The notes beneath the pieces are model-generated. The model did no database searches. It was not told the DNA's origin and saw nothing but the letters and a program-made list of their open reading frames with translations. The translations under genes were made by a program, and so were the position numbers. Below are positions 10,461 through 20,229 of a DNA stretch of 64,000 nucleotides, one piece after another (within the stretch, counting starts at the first letter, position 1; the number at the start of each line of letters is the position of its first letter). Origin of the DNA: Candidatus Saccharimonadota bacterium (lineage in GTDB: Bacteria; Patescibacteriota; Saccharimonadia; CAILAD01; BJGX01); the NCBI GenBank assembly GCA_046350735.1, contig JAXLZU010000001.1:204530-268529 (forward strand). Reading direction: 5' to 3'.

Positions 10461-12116
10461 ATGTCCGAAGAACATACACCAGATATTATTTACCTCGAAG
10501 CTGATAGCGAAATTACCGAAGCTATCGATAAGTTTAAGGCTGCCAAGGCTCATGAGGTGCGCGTGGCTGTACCTGCTCGTTCTACACTCTTGCAGAGCGC
10601 GGTTAATATTAAGCTATTTAAAAAAGCTGCCGAAAACAATAAGAAGAAATTGGTGCTTATTAGTAATGATAAAGCCACCCTTAGCTTGGCAGCAGGTCTT
10701 GGTGTACTGGTGGCCAAAAACGTCAAAGCCGAGGCGGCTATACCAGAGGCACTTACGGGCTCTATAGGAGAAAAGGCTGCAAACGAGCCAATTGTTATAG
10801 AACAAGAAAATCCACCAGAAGGGTCTACTAGCCAAAAAGGCAAAAAAGCCAAGCAGAGTAATAGTTTTCAAAAGCAACACATTGCCCTAGACGGTGAAGA
10901 CACTAAAACCGAAGAAGCAGAAAACTCTCAGCATCAACCCGTTGCTAGTCACCCTGCCAAAGAAAAGAAAGTGCCAAATTTTGGCGGTCTTAACAAGAAA
11001 ATATTCTGGATAGTTGCCGGTATCGGTGCCCTAGTGTTACTAATACTCGGCTATATATTCTTACCAACTGCCAAGGTGGCACTAATAGCAAAAGCACAGA
11101 AAACACCAGTAAACCTCAAGTTTACTCTCGATGCAGGTACAAAACGTTCGGATTTTTCTAGCGGTGATGTTGCGGCCGATACTATCTCTACTACAAAAGA
11201 AGTAAGTGGGCAGTTTAATGCTAGTGGTAAAAAAGACGTAGGCACCAAGGCAACCGGCAATATTACTATTAAGAACGCAGCTAGCTCGAATGCTATTAGT
11301 TTGCCTGCCGGAACAACGGTTGTCTCTGACGGTAAGGGCTTTACAACTAATCAGGCAGTTAGTGTTCCTGGGGCATCTGTTTCTGGTGGCCAAATAGTTC
11401 CTGGCACTGCCAATGTGGCAATTACCGCAACTCAAAGCGGCGATAGTTATAACTTTGGCAGCGCCGCCTTCTTGGTAAATGGCTATAGTGGCCTTACAGC
11501 TACCGGTTCTACAAGCGGCGGTGTTTCTAAGACTGTTACTGTAGTTACACAGGCAGATATAGATAAGGCTCAAAAAGCACTCATCGAAGATGCTACCAAC
11601 AATGTCAAAACTGAGTTGCAAAACAAAGCTGGTGATAATGAGTATGTCTTTGAACAAACACTTACCACCGAGGCAACATCGGTATCTAGCTCGGTTCCGG
11701 TTGATAGCGAGGGGAGTATTGTTACACTAACAGCTCAAATAAAATTCTCAGAGCTCGCTGCTAAAAACTCTGACTTAGATGAGTTGTTTAGAACCCAGAT
11801 ACAAAGTAAGGTGCCAGGGGGTAACGATATCTACCAAAGCGGTGCGAGCGATGCTACATATACCCTCGTAAAGAGTTATGGCGCAGACAAAGCTGACATG
11901 GCGGCTAGTAGTAACGCATTTTATGGGCAAAGTATAGACAAAGACCAAGTAGCCAAATCGATAGCCGGTAAAAGCAAAAAAGATGCTGCCGACATTATTA
12001 AACCTATCTATCCACAAGTAACCCAAGTATTGGTTGAGACGAATCCATGGTTAAGTCCTAATCTGCCATTCTTTGCTAATCGAATTAAGGTAGAAATTAG
12101 AGTCCAGACAGACTAA
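10461..12116 (+). CDS. single-TM protein with baseplate J/gp47-like extracellular region
   Basis: cytoplasmic N-domain IIYLEADSEIT, TM, then GTKATG.ITI.N..LPAGT..A..G..YN..GG..V beta-rich pattern. Confidence 0.6.
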   Translation: MSEEHTPDIIYLEADSEITEAIDKFKAAKAHEVRVAVPARSTLLQSAVNIKLFKKAAENNKKKLVLISNDKATLSLAAGLGVLVAKNVKAEAAIPEALTGSIGEKAANEPIVIEQENPPEGSTSQKGKKAKQSNSFQKQHIALDGEDTKTEEAENSQHQPVASHPAKEKKVPNFGGLNKKIFWIVAGIGALVLLILGYIFLPTAKVALIAKAQKTPVNLKFTLDAGTKRSDFSSGDVAADTISTTKEVSGQFNASGKKDVGTKATGNITIKNAASSNAISLPAGTTVVSDGKGFTTNQAVSVPGASVSGGQIVPGTANVAITATQSGDSYNFGSAAFLVNGYSGLTATGSTSGGVSKTVTVVTQADIDKAQKALIEDATNNVKTELQNKAGDNEYVFEQTLTTEATSVSSSVPVDSEGSIVTLTAQIKFSELAAKNSDLDELFRTQIQSKVPGGNDIYQSGASDATYTLVKSYGADKADMAASSNAFYGQSIDKDQVAKSIAGKSKKDAADIIKPIYPQVTQVLVETNPWLSPNLPFFANRIKVEIRVQTD

Positions 12117-12517
12117 TGGCGGGTTATTTAGCGTTTGACTACGGAAGCCAAAGAATTGGTGTTGCGATGGGCGGGGGAAAACTTGGGAGGCCACAAGCAC
12201 TGACAATTATTCCTAACGACCAGTATAGTATTAGTACTATCCAATCACTTATTAAAGAGCATAATCCTACAAAAATTATCGTTGGGTTGCCTCATAATCT
12301 AGATGGCGAAGAAACTAACCAATCTATAGAGTGTCGTAACTTTGCTCGCCAGCTTGAGGCATTTAATAAGCAAGTGGTTTTGTATGACGAATCTCTATCT
12401 TCGCAGCGGGCTGAGCATCGCTTAGGTTCGTTATCGATACGTAAAAAAAAGCGACAACTCGATGCTCTAAGTGCACAAATAATTCTCGAGGACTACATAG
12501 CTCATGCAACCAAATAA
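12116..12517 (+). CDS. ruvX: YqgF/RuvX pre-16S rRNA maturation nuclease
   Basis: LAFDYGSQRIGVA, VGLP, DESLSS, DALSAQIILE. Confidence 0.92.
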   Translation: MAGYLAFDYGSQRIGVAMGGGKLGRPQALTIIPNDQYSISTIQSLIKEHNPTKIIVGLPHNLDGEETNQSIECRNFARQLEAFNKQVVLYDESLSSQRAEHRLGSLSIRKKKRQLDALSAQIILEDYIAHATK

Positions 12518-13598
12518 TCATCATCAAATACCGCCACATACTCCTAGCCCAAAACTGCCAGAAGACAAGTCTGCGCAGTCTAGCAAGAAGGAATTAAGAA
12601 AAACTCCCTTGTGGCTACTTGTATTGCTTGGTGTTTTTGGGGTAATTACGGCGGTATTTGTAGCTGGCATTATTTGGCTTTTTTCGACGGTCTATGCAGT
12701 CAGAACCAATGTCTCGGTAAATGGCCAGATTTTTGAGGTAAAAAAAGGTGAAAGTATCAGTGAGATTGCCAATGAGCTGGCTCAACAAAGTCTAATAGAC
12801 AATCCCAACGCATTTGTGCTCTATGCCAAGTTAGGGCCGGCACATGGCCGGCTTATTCCTGGGCCGTATCTTATTCGCCCATCAAGCTCAATTGCATCGA
12901 TTGTAGGCGATATGAGTAGTGGCAGGATAGCGCAGAACAAAATTACGTTTCCAGAAGGTATAACCATGGCCGATATGGCAACCCGGTTTGCTAACGCTGG
13001 TTATGGCAGCAAAGAAGAGTATCTTTCGGCGGCCAAAAGCTTGGCGACAGATTATAGCTTTATTCCTGCTAGTGCTAAGGACAACCCAGAGGGCTACTTG
13101 TTTCCTTCTACCTATACATTTATACCCAACAGAGGTGCTACCGAGCTTGTAAAAAAACAATATGAAGCCTTTAATAGCGAGATGGTACCATTACTCCAGA
13201 GTAAGCAAGTTGCTAATCTTACGCCTAACCAAGTATTAACCCTAGCTTCTATTGTTGAGAAAGAAGCCCTAACTGAAAAAGACAGAAAGCTTGTTGCGGG
13301 AGTATTTTTGAATCGTCTTGCCAAAGGTATGAAATTTGAGAGTGATGTAACGGTAAATTATGCTACTGGTAAGAAAATCACCTCGCCAGCAGATTTAAGT
13401 GTTAATTCACCATACAACACGTATAGGATAGTTGGTTTACCACCAACCCCTATTAACAATCCAAGTACAGATAGTGTAGAAGCAGTGCTAAATTATACTC
13501 CTAACGACTATATTTTCTTTATTGCTGGTAATGATGGGGTGGTATATTATGCCAAAACATTGTCAGAACACAACCAAAATATCAAAAATCACCTATAA
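12504..13598 (+). CDS. mltG: endolytic transglycosylase MltG
   Basis: EGYLFPSTY, LASIVEKE, VFLNRL, SPYNTY..GLPPTPINNP. Confidence 0.95.
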   Translation: MQPNNHHQIPPHTPSPKLPEDKSAQSSKKELRKTPLWLLVLLGVFGVITAVFVAGIIWLFSTVYAVRTNVSVNGQIFEVKKGESISEIANELAQQSLIDNPNAFVLYAKLGPAHGRLIPGPYLIRPSSSIASIVGDMSSGRIAQNKITFPEGITMADMATRFANAGYGSKEEYLSAAKSLATDYSFIPASAKDNPEGYLFPSTYTFIPNRGATELVKKQYEAFNSEMVPLLQSKQVANLTPNQVLTLASIVEKEALTEKDRKLVAGVFLNRLAKGMKFESDVTVNYATGKKITSPADLSVNSPYNTYRIVGLPPTPINNPSTDSVEAVLNYTPNDYIFFIAGNDGVVYYAKTLSEHNQNIKNHL

Positions 13599-13637
13599 AA
13601 CAGCATTTTATGCTTTTATATAAGCAAAAAAATGCTC

Positions 13638-13899
13638 TTGCACACCGCTTTTCTTCGTGCTAGTATAGGCAACGTACTCTTTCTAAGGATAAGCATTTAG
13701 CTCTAGATTATGGTTTGTGAGCTTATCTTTGAAAGCGTTCCTGCAAATACCTTATCAGCAGAAGGAAAATAGAACAGTTTACCTGTTTTGAAAGATTAAT
13801 TAATAAGGTCGAATTTCCTGGTTCCAAAGCAAGCTTTGGAAGACGATAAGCTGCAGCGATTTCTCATCTCTTACGAAACGATGGGAAAGGGAGAATTTT
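13638..13899 (+). promoter_or_regulatory. sigma70 promoter and ~230-nt structured 5' leader of LysM/CHAP gene
   Basis: TTGCAC-17-TAGTAT then several hairpins (GATAAGC/GCTTATC, TTCCAAAGC/GCTTTGGAA). Confidence 0.6.
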
Positions 13900-15105
13900 A
13901 TTCGTAAAAAAGTATTGGGATTGCCCCTACAAGTGCGCAGTGAATCTTTCACAAGCGTGGGGCAGCAAGATCAGCTCTCTAAAACAAACAATCCCAACCA
14001 AATAAACGCAGATGCTTCGGATCCATTGCCGAAAGCCTCTGCTGTAGTTGACCCCAAAAACCGACTCTTCTCGAGTCTTGGTAGCAACAGTAAAACCAAA
14101 AATCGCAAAAAACTGCACGTATCATCACGCTATGTATTGCACGCCGCATTTATTGTAGGTGTTGTTTTGGCTGTTGGTGCAGGTAAAGTACAATCTCAAG
14201 CTGGCTTAGTCTCGGCTAATAGTGACACACCACTCGATAAGACATCTATGATTACTACAGGTGCTGTACTAGCCCAGAGCTCGGTAAGTCTGGTTAACTC
14301 AGATCTTAATCAAGAAGCCAAAACCATCAACTCACAAACCACGATGGCAACAGCAGGAAACGAGTTCTTACAGAAGGGCCAACCAGTATTAGTAGGTAGC
14401 CAAAGCCGCGATATTACTACGTATGCTATTCAGAATGGTGATACTCTTAGCAGTATTGGCCAGAAGTTTAATATTACTACCGATACTATTAAGTGGGCTA
14501 ATAATATTACTGACGAAAACAGTATTAAGCCTGGTGATAAAATTGTCATTTTGCCGGTATCGGGTGTACTCTATACTGCTACTGGCGGAGACGATTTGGT
14601 AGCTGTAGCAGCTCGTTATCAGGCCAATGTAGCACTGATAGATAGTTTTAATAACTTAGAAGGTAAATCGCCTGTAGCTGGGCAGAAATTAGTTATACCA
14701 GACGGTGTTATTGCAGCTCCTGCCCCTGCTGTAGCAAAGACAACTGTTGCTACTACCAGCCCTACACCAACAAACGTTATTACTGGGTTTCATGGTGGCG
14801 GCGGTAGCTCGAGCAATAGCTACTCGTATGGATACTGTACTTGGTATGTTGCTACTCGTCGGTATGTTCCTCCTTTCTTGGGTAATGCCAATCAGTGGCC
14901 AAGTAATGCTCGCCGTGCAGGGATGAGTGTGGGTAACTCTCCTGTAGCGGGTGCTGCTGGTGTGTCTCGATATGGCAACCATGTTGTTTATATCGAACGT
15001 GTAGAAGGTGGAACAGTCTTTTATACCGAGATGAACGGCCCTGCTGGATGGGGACGCGTTAACTCTGGTACTGCTTCGGCCGGCAACTTCATCTACGTTT
15101 ACTAA
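13900..15105 (+). CDS. LysM x2 + CHAP peptidoglycan hydrolase
   Basis: LysM YAIQNGDTLSSI, second LysM, CHAP YGYCTWYV..GNANQW..HV..EMN; start ATT 13900 or TTG 13915. Confidence 0.9.
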   Translation: MRKKVLGLPLQVRSESFTSVGQQDQLSKTNNPNQINADASDPLPKASAVVDPKNRLFSSLGSNSKTKNRKKLHVSSRYVLHAAFIVGVVLAVGAGKVQSQAGLVSANSDTPLDKTSMITTGAVLAQSSVSLVNSDLNQEAKTINSQTTMATAGNEFLQKGQPVLVGSQSRDITTYAIQNGDTLSSIGQKFNITTDTIKWANNITDENSIKPGDKIVILPVSGVLYTATGGDDLVAVAARYQANVALIDSFNNLEGKSPVAGQKLVIPDGVIAAPAPAVAKTTVATTSPTPTNVITGFHGGGGSSSNSYSYGYCTWYVATRRYVPPFLGNANQWPSNARRAGMSVGNSPVAGAAGVSRYGNHVVYIERVEGGTVFYTEMNGPAGWGRVNSGTASAGNFIYVY

Positions 15106-15115
15106 TAAAATTATT

Positions 15116-15145
15116 AAAAAACCCACTTTGATCCGTGGGTTTTTT
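15116..15145. terminator. bidirectional terminator
   Basis: AAAAACCCAC-loop-GTGGGTTTTT between convergent genes. Confidence 0.75.
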
Positions 15146-15174
15146 GTAATAAAAAAGCAGATCTTTAGGATCTG

Positions 15175-15540
15175 CTACGCATCTTCGCTAGCGAAAGAGT
15201 GTCTAAGAGCTGAATTTGCCCAGCCGGCAATTGTTTTAAACTTTGCAAGAGTCATTACCACATCTCCGTCTTCATTAATAAAGAGACTTCCGTCATTTCC
15301 GGGTCCATTAGGTAAACCGCCACAGGCACGTAGGAATGCTTGAGCATTCTCAGCAGAAAGAAACTCACCACTTCCTGTAGGCCAAGCAAAAAAGTGATCA
15401 CCGTGCAGTTCAGACTGGTCGTGTCCAGCCCGTTTAGTACAGTATCTTCCATGCGGTAATTCTGGATGAAATAGTTCGAGGCAAGTTGAATCAATATATT
15501 CTTGAGACACATATTTCATATCTGGTTGGCGTTTTGCCAT
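15175..15540 (-). CDS. hypothetical protein (Cys/His cluster)
   Basis: consensus TTGACA-17-TATAAT promoter, AAGGAG SD; C..C...GH..H pattern. Confidence 0.7.
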   Translation of the reverse strand: MAKRQPDMKYVSQEYIDSTCLELFHPELPHGRYCTKRAGHDQSELHGDHFFAWPTGSGEFLSAENAQAFLRACGGLPNGPGNDGSLFINEDGDVVMTLAKFKTIAGWANSALRHSFASEDA

Positions 15541-15605
15541 CGATACTCCTTTAGGGTGCGAACAAAACTGTAGAAATTATAATATTACTATGCTATAATG
15601 TCAAT

Positions 15606-16868
15606 ATGTTTATAGATGTAGCTACAGTAAAAATACAGGCCGGTAACGGTGGTAATGGCTATCTTAGCTTTCATCGTACCAAAGGTAATGCCAAAGGTGG
15701 CCCAGATGGCGGTGATGGTGGTAATGGTGGTGACGTTATTTTGCGTGCCAGCCACAATACTAGTACCCTCTCTAAATATCGTACTAGCAAGCTCTGGGCA
15801 GCCCAAGATGGCGAGCAAGGTGGTAGCAATAGACGTCATGGCAAAAATGGCGAGTCGGTAGTGCTTTTGGTGCCACCGGGTACTGTTGTTTTTGATAACG
15901 AAGAACTGTTGGCAGATCTTACCAAAGATGGCCAAGAGGCTGTTATTGCCAAAGGTGGTAAGGGTGGCTTTGGTAATACTCACTTTAAAAGTTCTGTTCG
16001 TCAGGCTCCACAAATGGCCGAGTTAGGCGAACAAGGCGAGGCTAAGACACTAAAGCTAGAGTTAAAAATTGTTGCCGACGTTGGCCTTATTGGTCTGCCC
16101 AATGCTGGTAAGAGCACGCTACTTTCGGTAGTTAGCTCGGCCAAGCCAGAAATTGCCAACTATGCGTTTACAACGTTAGTGCCTAACCTAGGAGTGGTAG
16201 ATATCGATGGCAAAAGCCTCCTGCTGGCTGACATACCAGGATTAATAGAAGGTGCAAGTAAGGGTAAAGGTCTGGGGATAGAATTCTTACGCCACGTAGA
16301 GCGTTGTAGAGTGTTGTTGCAACTTATTGATGCCACTTCTACATATTGGGGTAAAGATTATCAGACTGTCAGAGACGAGTTGTCGTTATATTCTGCAGAA
16401 CTTGGCAAGAGACCATACTTGGTGGTTATTACTAAATCAGAAAGTGTTGCAAAGGCCGATTTAGAGAAAAAAGTTGCCAATTTTAGCAAACAAGCCAAGC
16501 TGAAAAAGAGTGAGATATATACCATTTCTGCAGTGGCTAATACTGGCATAGTTACGCTGCTCCGTGCCGCGCTAACTATGGTAGAGAAGAGCAACAAACA
16601 ACGCGAGCACGTACAGCCAGAAGAAGAGCTAGAAGTTATTACACTTGCACCTGGTGAGACTTGGGAAGTTAGCAAAGAAAAAGAAGGCTACAAAGTTAGT
16701 GGTACGCGTCTAGAGCGTTTTGCAGCTCGCACTAATTTTGATCAGCCCGATGGTATAAGACGATTGCGCGACATTCTAACGCGCGAGGGTGTTGGCCGCG
16801 AGCTGACTCGCCTTGGTGCCGAGCGTGGCGACACTATAATAATTGCTAAGAAAAAGCTGCAATGGTAA
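15606..16868 (+). CDS. obgE: GTPase ObgE
   Basis: Gly-rich Obg domain, GLPNAGKS, YAFTTL, DIPG, C-terminal OCT domain. Confidence 0.97.
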   Translation: MFIDVATVKIQAGNGGNGYLSFHRTKGNAKGGPDGGDGGNGGDVILRASHNTSTLSKYRTSKLWAAQDGEQGGSNRRHGKNGESVVLLVPPGTVVFDNEELLADLTKDGQEAVIAKGGKGGFGNTHFKSSVRQAPQMAELGEQGEAKTLKLELKIVADVGLIGLPNAGKSTLLSVVSSAKPEIANYAFTTLVPNLGVVDIDGKSLLLADIPGLIEGASKGKGLGIEFLRHVERCRVLLQLIDATSTYWGKDYQTVRDELSLYSAELGKRPYLVVITKSESVAKADLEKKVANFSKQAKLKKSEIYTISAVANTGIVTLLRAALTMVEKSNKQREHVQPEEELEVITLAPGETWEVSKEKEGYKVSGTRLERFAARTNFDQPDGIRRLRDILTREGVGRELTRLGAERGDTIIIAKKKLQW

Positions 16869-17416
16869 ATGTAGATGTAGCCGATATTCGTTTGCGCTGC
16901 GAAACCCAGCCAGACTTATTCTCGCCCAAAGGTCTCGATACTGGTTCTCGGCTTTTGCTAGAGACTATTATTAAGCAAAATACACCTTACCAATCTATTT
17001 TAGACTGGGGCTGCGGATGGGGAGCAATTGGTCTTGTTTTGGCTGCTCAGTTTGGTTCTGCCAAGGTAGTGGCTGTAGACTCTGATATTGCTGCTATTGC
17101 TACCACCAAAGAGAATATAGCAATTAATAAGCTAACCAATATAGAAGTAATTGCGAGCCATGGTTTTAGCGAGATAGCAGAGCAGCAGTTTGGTCTTATT
17201 GTTTCTAACCCACCCACACATCGTGGACGAGAGGTAGTAGACAATATGATACGCCAAAGTTACGAGCATTTAGATACCGATGGAGTATTGGCAATTGTTG
17301 TGGAGGCTCGCTTAAAGCCCTGGGTGGCTAGACAAATGAAGTTGGTGTTTGGCAATTACAAAATTGCGCAGCGTGGCCCCAAACATGTGGTTTTAATTGC
17401 AAAAAAATCGGAATAA
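16862..17416 (+). CDS. small class I SAM methyltransferase (RsmC/YbxB-like)
   Basis: FSPKGLDTGS, LDWGCGWG, SNPP. Confidence 0.88.
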   Translation: MVNVDVADIRLRCETQPDLFSPKGLDTGSRLLLETIIKQNTPYQSILDWGCGWGAIGLVLAAQFGSAKVVAVDSDIAAIATTKENIAINKLTNIEVIASHGFSEIAEQQFGLIVSNPPTHRGREVVDNMIRQSYEHLDTDGVLAIVVEARLKPWVARQMKLVFGNYKIAQRGPKHVVLIAKKSE

Positions 17417-17431
17417 ACTTATGATTAGACT

Positions 17432-17641
17432 ATGGAAAAACGCGAACATAAGAACACTGCAGCTAGCCAGTTCTTTAAAGAAGGCAAAGAGCTACAAGCA
17501 CGCGATATAGCCCGAAGCGCTCACTACACCTATCGTGATGGGTTTAGACTGGGCCTTGGTATATTTATTGGTTTTTTGGTTGGCGCATTAGCACTTGTAC
17601 TTGTTGTCTATCTACTCAATCTTCTCTTACGGCTTATCTAA
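17432..17641 (+). CDS. small membrane protein
   Basis: C-terminal TM helix, in line with obg operon. Confidence 0.65.
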   Translation: MEKREHKNTAASQFFKEGKELQARDIARSAHYTYRDGFRLGLGIFIGFLVGALALVLVVYLLNLLLRLI

Positions 17642-17710
17642 TTGTTAAAACAGCTATTTTCTGATAGAATTATTGCGTTCTAGAAACAAAAAAGTTTTCA
17701 TAAAAATTAC

Positions 17711-17787
<77 letters not shown>

Positions 17788-17919
17788 GCAATCATATACA
17801 AGGTACACCAAACAGGCGCTCACTATTCGTAGTCGGACGCCTTTCTATTTGTGTGTAGGGATTTGGCTGTTTGTCAAACGACCAGCTGTTTGAGACAATA
17901 CATAACATAAGCAATATCT

Positions 17920-20229
17920 ATGTCAGAAAGAACTCCATCACCAGCAGAGCCTCTGTATCGTAAATATCCAGATTTGCACAAATCTCAGTCAGTAGAGCAC
18001 GAGGTTGCTCGTCTGCGTCAGCATGGTGAGCGTATTCCCAACGAGCCGGCACCCAAGCTAGAAGCTTGGCTTCGGTTATTAGAGAGAACCCACACGGGTA
18101 AAGGTGGTAGTGAGGCCCGCCAAGCCGCGCAGCCACAAGTATACGAGCGCATAAAAACTCTCTACCATCGTCCAACTCAAGAAGGTGGCTATATTACTGG
18201 TCTTGACGATACCTCTATAGAACGGTATTTACGTCATCAAGCTCGTATTGCCCACGAGCAAGGCCACGGCGCTATTGAAGATATTATGGCCCGAGCGAAT
18301 GACCAAGTGCGAGCCGAGGCCAGAGAGACGATTCGAACCGACCAAGAACGTAGTCTCGATGCCTGGCTAGATTACCTTACCTCTGATGATGCCACGTACC
18401 CAATGTGGTTTAAATACTACACCTTCCGCAACATTACCCGTCTGGCCGAGTACGACAAACAAAAGGGTGAGTTCCCCAAGCGTTCTAAATCTACCACTGC
18501 ACCGTTCCCAGATATTAATCGCGAAGCCTTGGCGTATATGGAAGACAGCTTAGCCAAACACTATGGCCTCAAAGATATTGATCCAGATAACCCTAAGGAC
18601 GCTATCGACCCAGAAACTCAAGCGCTCTTAGACAAAGATGCCAACTTTGCCAGTCTCTACAGGCGTGCCATTGAATACGCTGCCCCCAAACACGCCGAAC
18701 AGCTCAATGTTACTGATGGTCGGTGGGTAAAGTACGACCAGACAAGTGACGAGAGTAAGAGTAAAGAGCTAGCCCACTCATTACATGGCTATGGCACAGG
18801 TTGGTGTACCGCCGGTGAGGGCATGGCGCATAGCCAACTGAGTGGTGGTGACTTTTATGTCTACTATACCAAAAGCGAAGATGGTCAGTACTCGGTACCT
18901 CGTGTAGCTATCCGCATGCAAGAAGAATATGGCCAGCAACACATTGCTGAGGTGCGGGGAATTGAAGCCGACCAGAACATGGAAGCAGCGTTGGTACCAA
19001 TTGCCGATGCCAAGCTTGCTGAGATAGACCCTGCAGGTGCTGAACGATACAAGAAACGCTCAGAGGACATGCGCCGCCTCACCGAGATAGACAACCTGCT
19101 CAAAGCTAATCCGAGTGCCGAGCTTAGCAAAGACCAGCTGAGATTTCTCTACGAACTAGATAGTAAGATTGAAGGCTTTGGTTATAACAAGGACCCACGG
19201 ATTGCCGAGATATTACAAACTCGCAACCCAAGGGTTGATTTGGCCTTTACATTAGATGTACAGCCCGAACAAATTAGTCTAACAAAAGAAGAGGCGTTGA
19301 GGGGCAATATAATCTATCACTATGGTAATCTCAACCTCAGCGGCCTGACCTCAGCCGAAGGCTTACAGCTGCCCGAGACGATCGGTGGTAATCTCGACCT
19401 CAACGGCCTGACTTCAGCCGAAGGCTTACAGCTGCCCAAGACGATCGGTGGTGATCTCGAACTCAGAAGCCTGACTTCAGCCGAAGGCTTACAGCTGCCC
19501 AAGACGATCGGTGGTTATCTCGACCTCAACGGCCTGACCACGGCCGAAGGCTTACAGCTGCCCGAGACGGTCGGTGGTGATCTCAACCTCAGCGACCTGA
19601 CCACGGTCGAAGGTTTACAGCTGCCCAAGACGGTCGGTGGTTATCTCGACCTCAGCGACCTGACCACGGCCGAAGGTTTACAGCTGCCCGAGACAATTGG
19701 CGGTGATCTCTACCTCAGAAGCCTGACCTCAGCCGATGGCTTGCACCTGCCTAAGACGATCGGTGGTGATCTCAACCTCAGAAGACTGACCTCAGCTGAT
19801 GGCTTACAGCTACCCAAGACGGTCGGTGGTGATCTCTACCTCAACGGCCTGACCACGGCCGAAGGTTTACAGCTACCCAAGACGGTCGGTGGTTATCTCA
19901 TACTCGAAGGCCTGACCACGGCCGAAGGTTTACAGCTGCCCGAGACGGTCGGTGGTGATCTCTACCTCAACTACCTGACCTCGGCCGAAGGTTTACAGCT
20001 ACCCGAGACGGTCGGTGGTGATCTCTACCTCAACGACCTGACCACGGCCGAAGGTTTACAGCTACCCAAGACGGTCGGTGGTGGTCTCATACTCGAAGGA
20101 CTAACCTCAGCCGAAGGCTTACAGCTGCCCGAGACGATCGGTGGTTATCTCGACCTCAGCAGCCTCGGTGCTGCAGATATAGCTACCCTGAGACAGCAAT
20201 ACCCTCTATTAGCAGACATGATTTATTAA
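17920..20229 (+). CDS. hypothetical protein with GTGWCTAG-containing N-terminal region and C-terminal 21-aa LRR-like repeats
   Basis: 769-aa ORF, visibly more GC-rich than flanks; GxLxLxxLTSAEGLQLPxTxG repeats. Confidence 0.85.
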   Translation: MSERTPSPAEPLYRKYPDLHKSQSVEHEVARLRQHGERIPNEPAPKLEAWLRLLERTHTGKGGSEARQAAQPQVYERIKTLYHRPTQEGGYITGLDDTSIERYLRHQARIAHEQGHGAIEDIMARANDQVRAEARETIRTDQERSLDAWLDYLTSDDATYPMWFKYYTFRNITRLAEYDKQKGEFPKRSKSTTAPFPDINREALAYMEDSLAKHYGLKDIDPDNPKDAIDPETQALLDKDANFASLYRRAIEYAAPKHAEQLNVTDGRWVKYDQTSDESKSKELAHSLHGYGTGWCTAGEGMAHSQLSGGDFYVYYTKSEDGQYSVPRVAIRMQEEYGQQHIAEVRGIEADQNMEAALVPIADAKLAEIDPAGAERYKKRSEDMRRLTEIDNLLKANPSAELSKDQLRFLYELDSKIEGFGYNKDPRIAEILQTRNPRVDLAFTLDVQPEQISLTKEEALRGNIIYHYGNLNLSGLTSAEGLQLPETIGGNLDLNGLTSAEGLQLPKTIGGDLELRSLTSAEGLQLPKTIGGYLDLNGLTTAEGLQLPETVGGDLNLSDLTTVEGLQLPKTVGGYLDLSDLTTAEGLQLPETIGGDLYLRSLTSADGLHLPKTIGGDLNLRRLTSADGLQLPKTVGGDLYLNGLTTAEGLQLPKTVGGYLILEGLTTAEGLQLPETVGGDLYLNYLTSAEGLQLPETVGGDLYLNDLTTAEGLQLPKTVGGGLILEGLTSAEGLQLPETIGGYLDLSSLGAADIATLRQQYPLLADMIY
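19324..20166 (+). repeat. 63-bp in-frame tandem repeat, 13 full + 1 partial unit
   Basis: units start at 19324, 19387, ... 20143 with exact 63-bp period. Confidence 0.97.

Noticed and set aside
10461-12116. Phage baseplate or tailocin locus
   Set aside because: Single membrane-anchored gene in a housekeeping operon with no other tail genes
13670-13899. c-di-AMP (ydaO) riboswitch
   Set aside because: GCTGAATCC/GGGGAACC/GTCAGCTAAC-type consensus segments not found
19324-20166. CRISPR array
   Set aside because: Contiguous in-frame 63-bp coding units with no unique spacers and no cas genes
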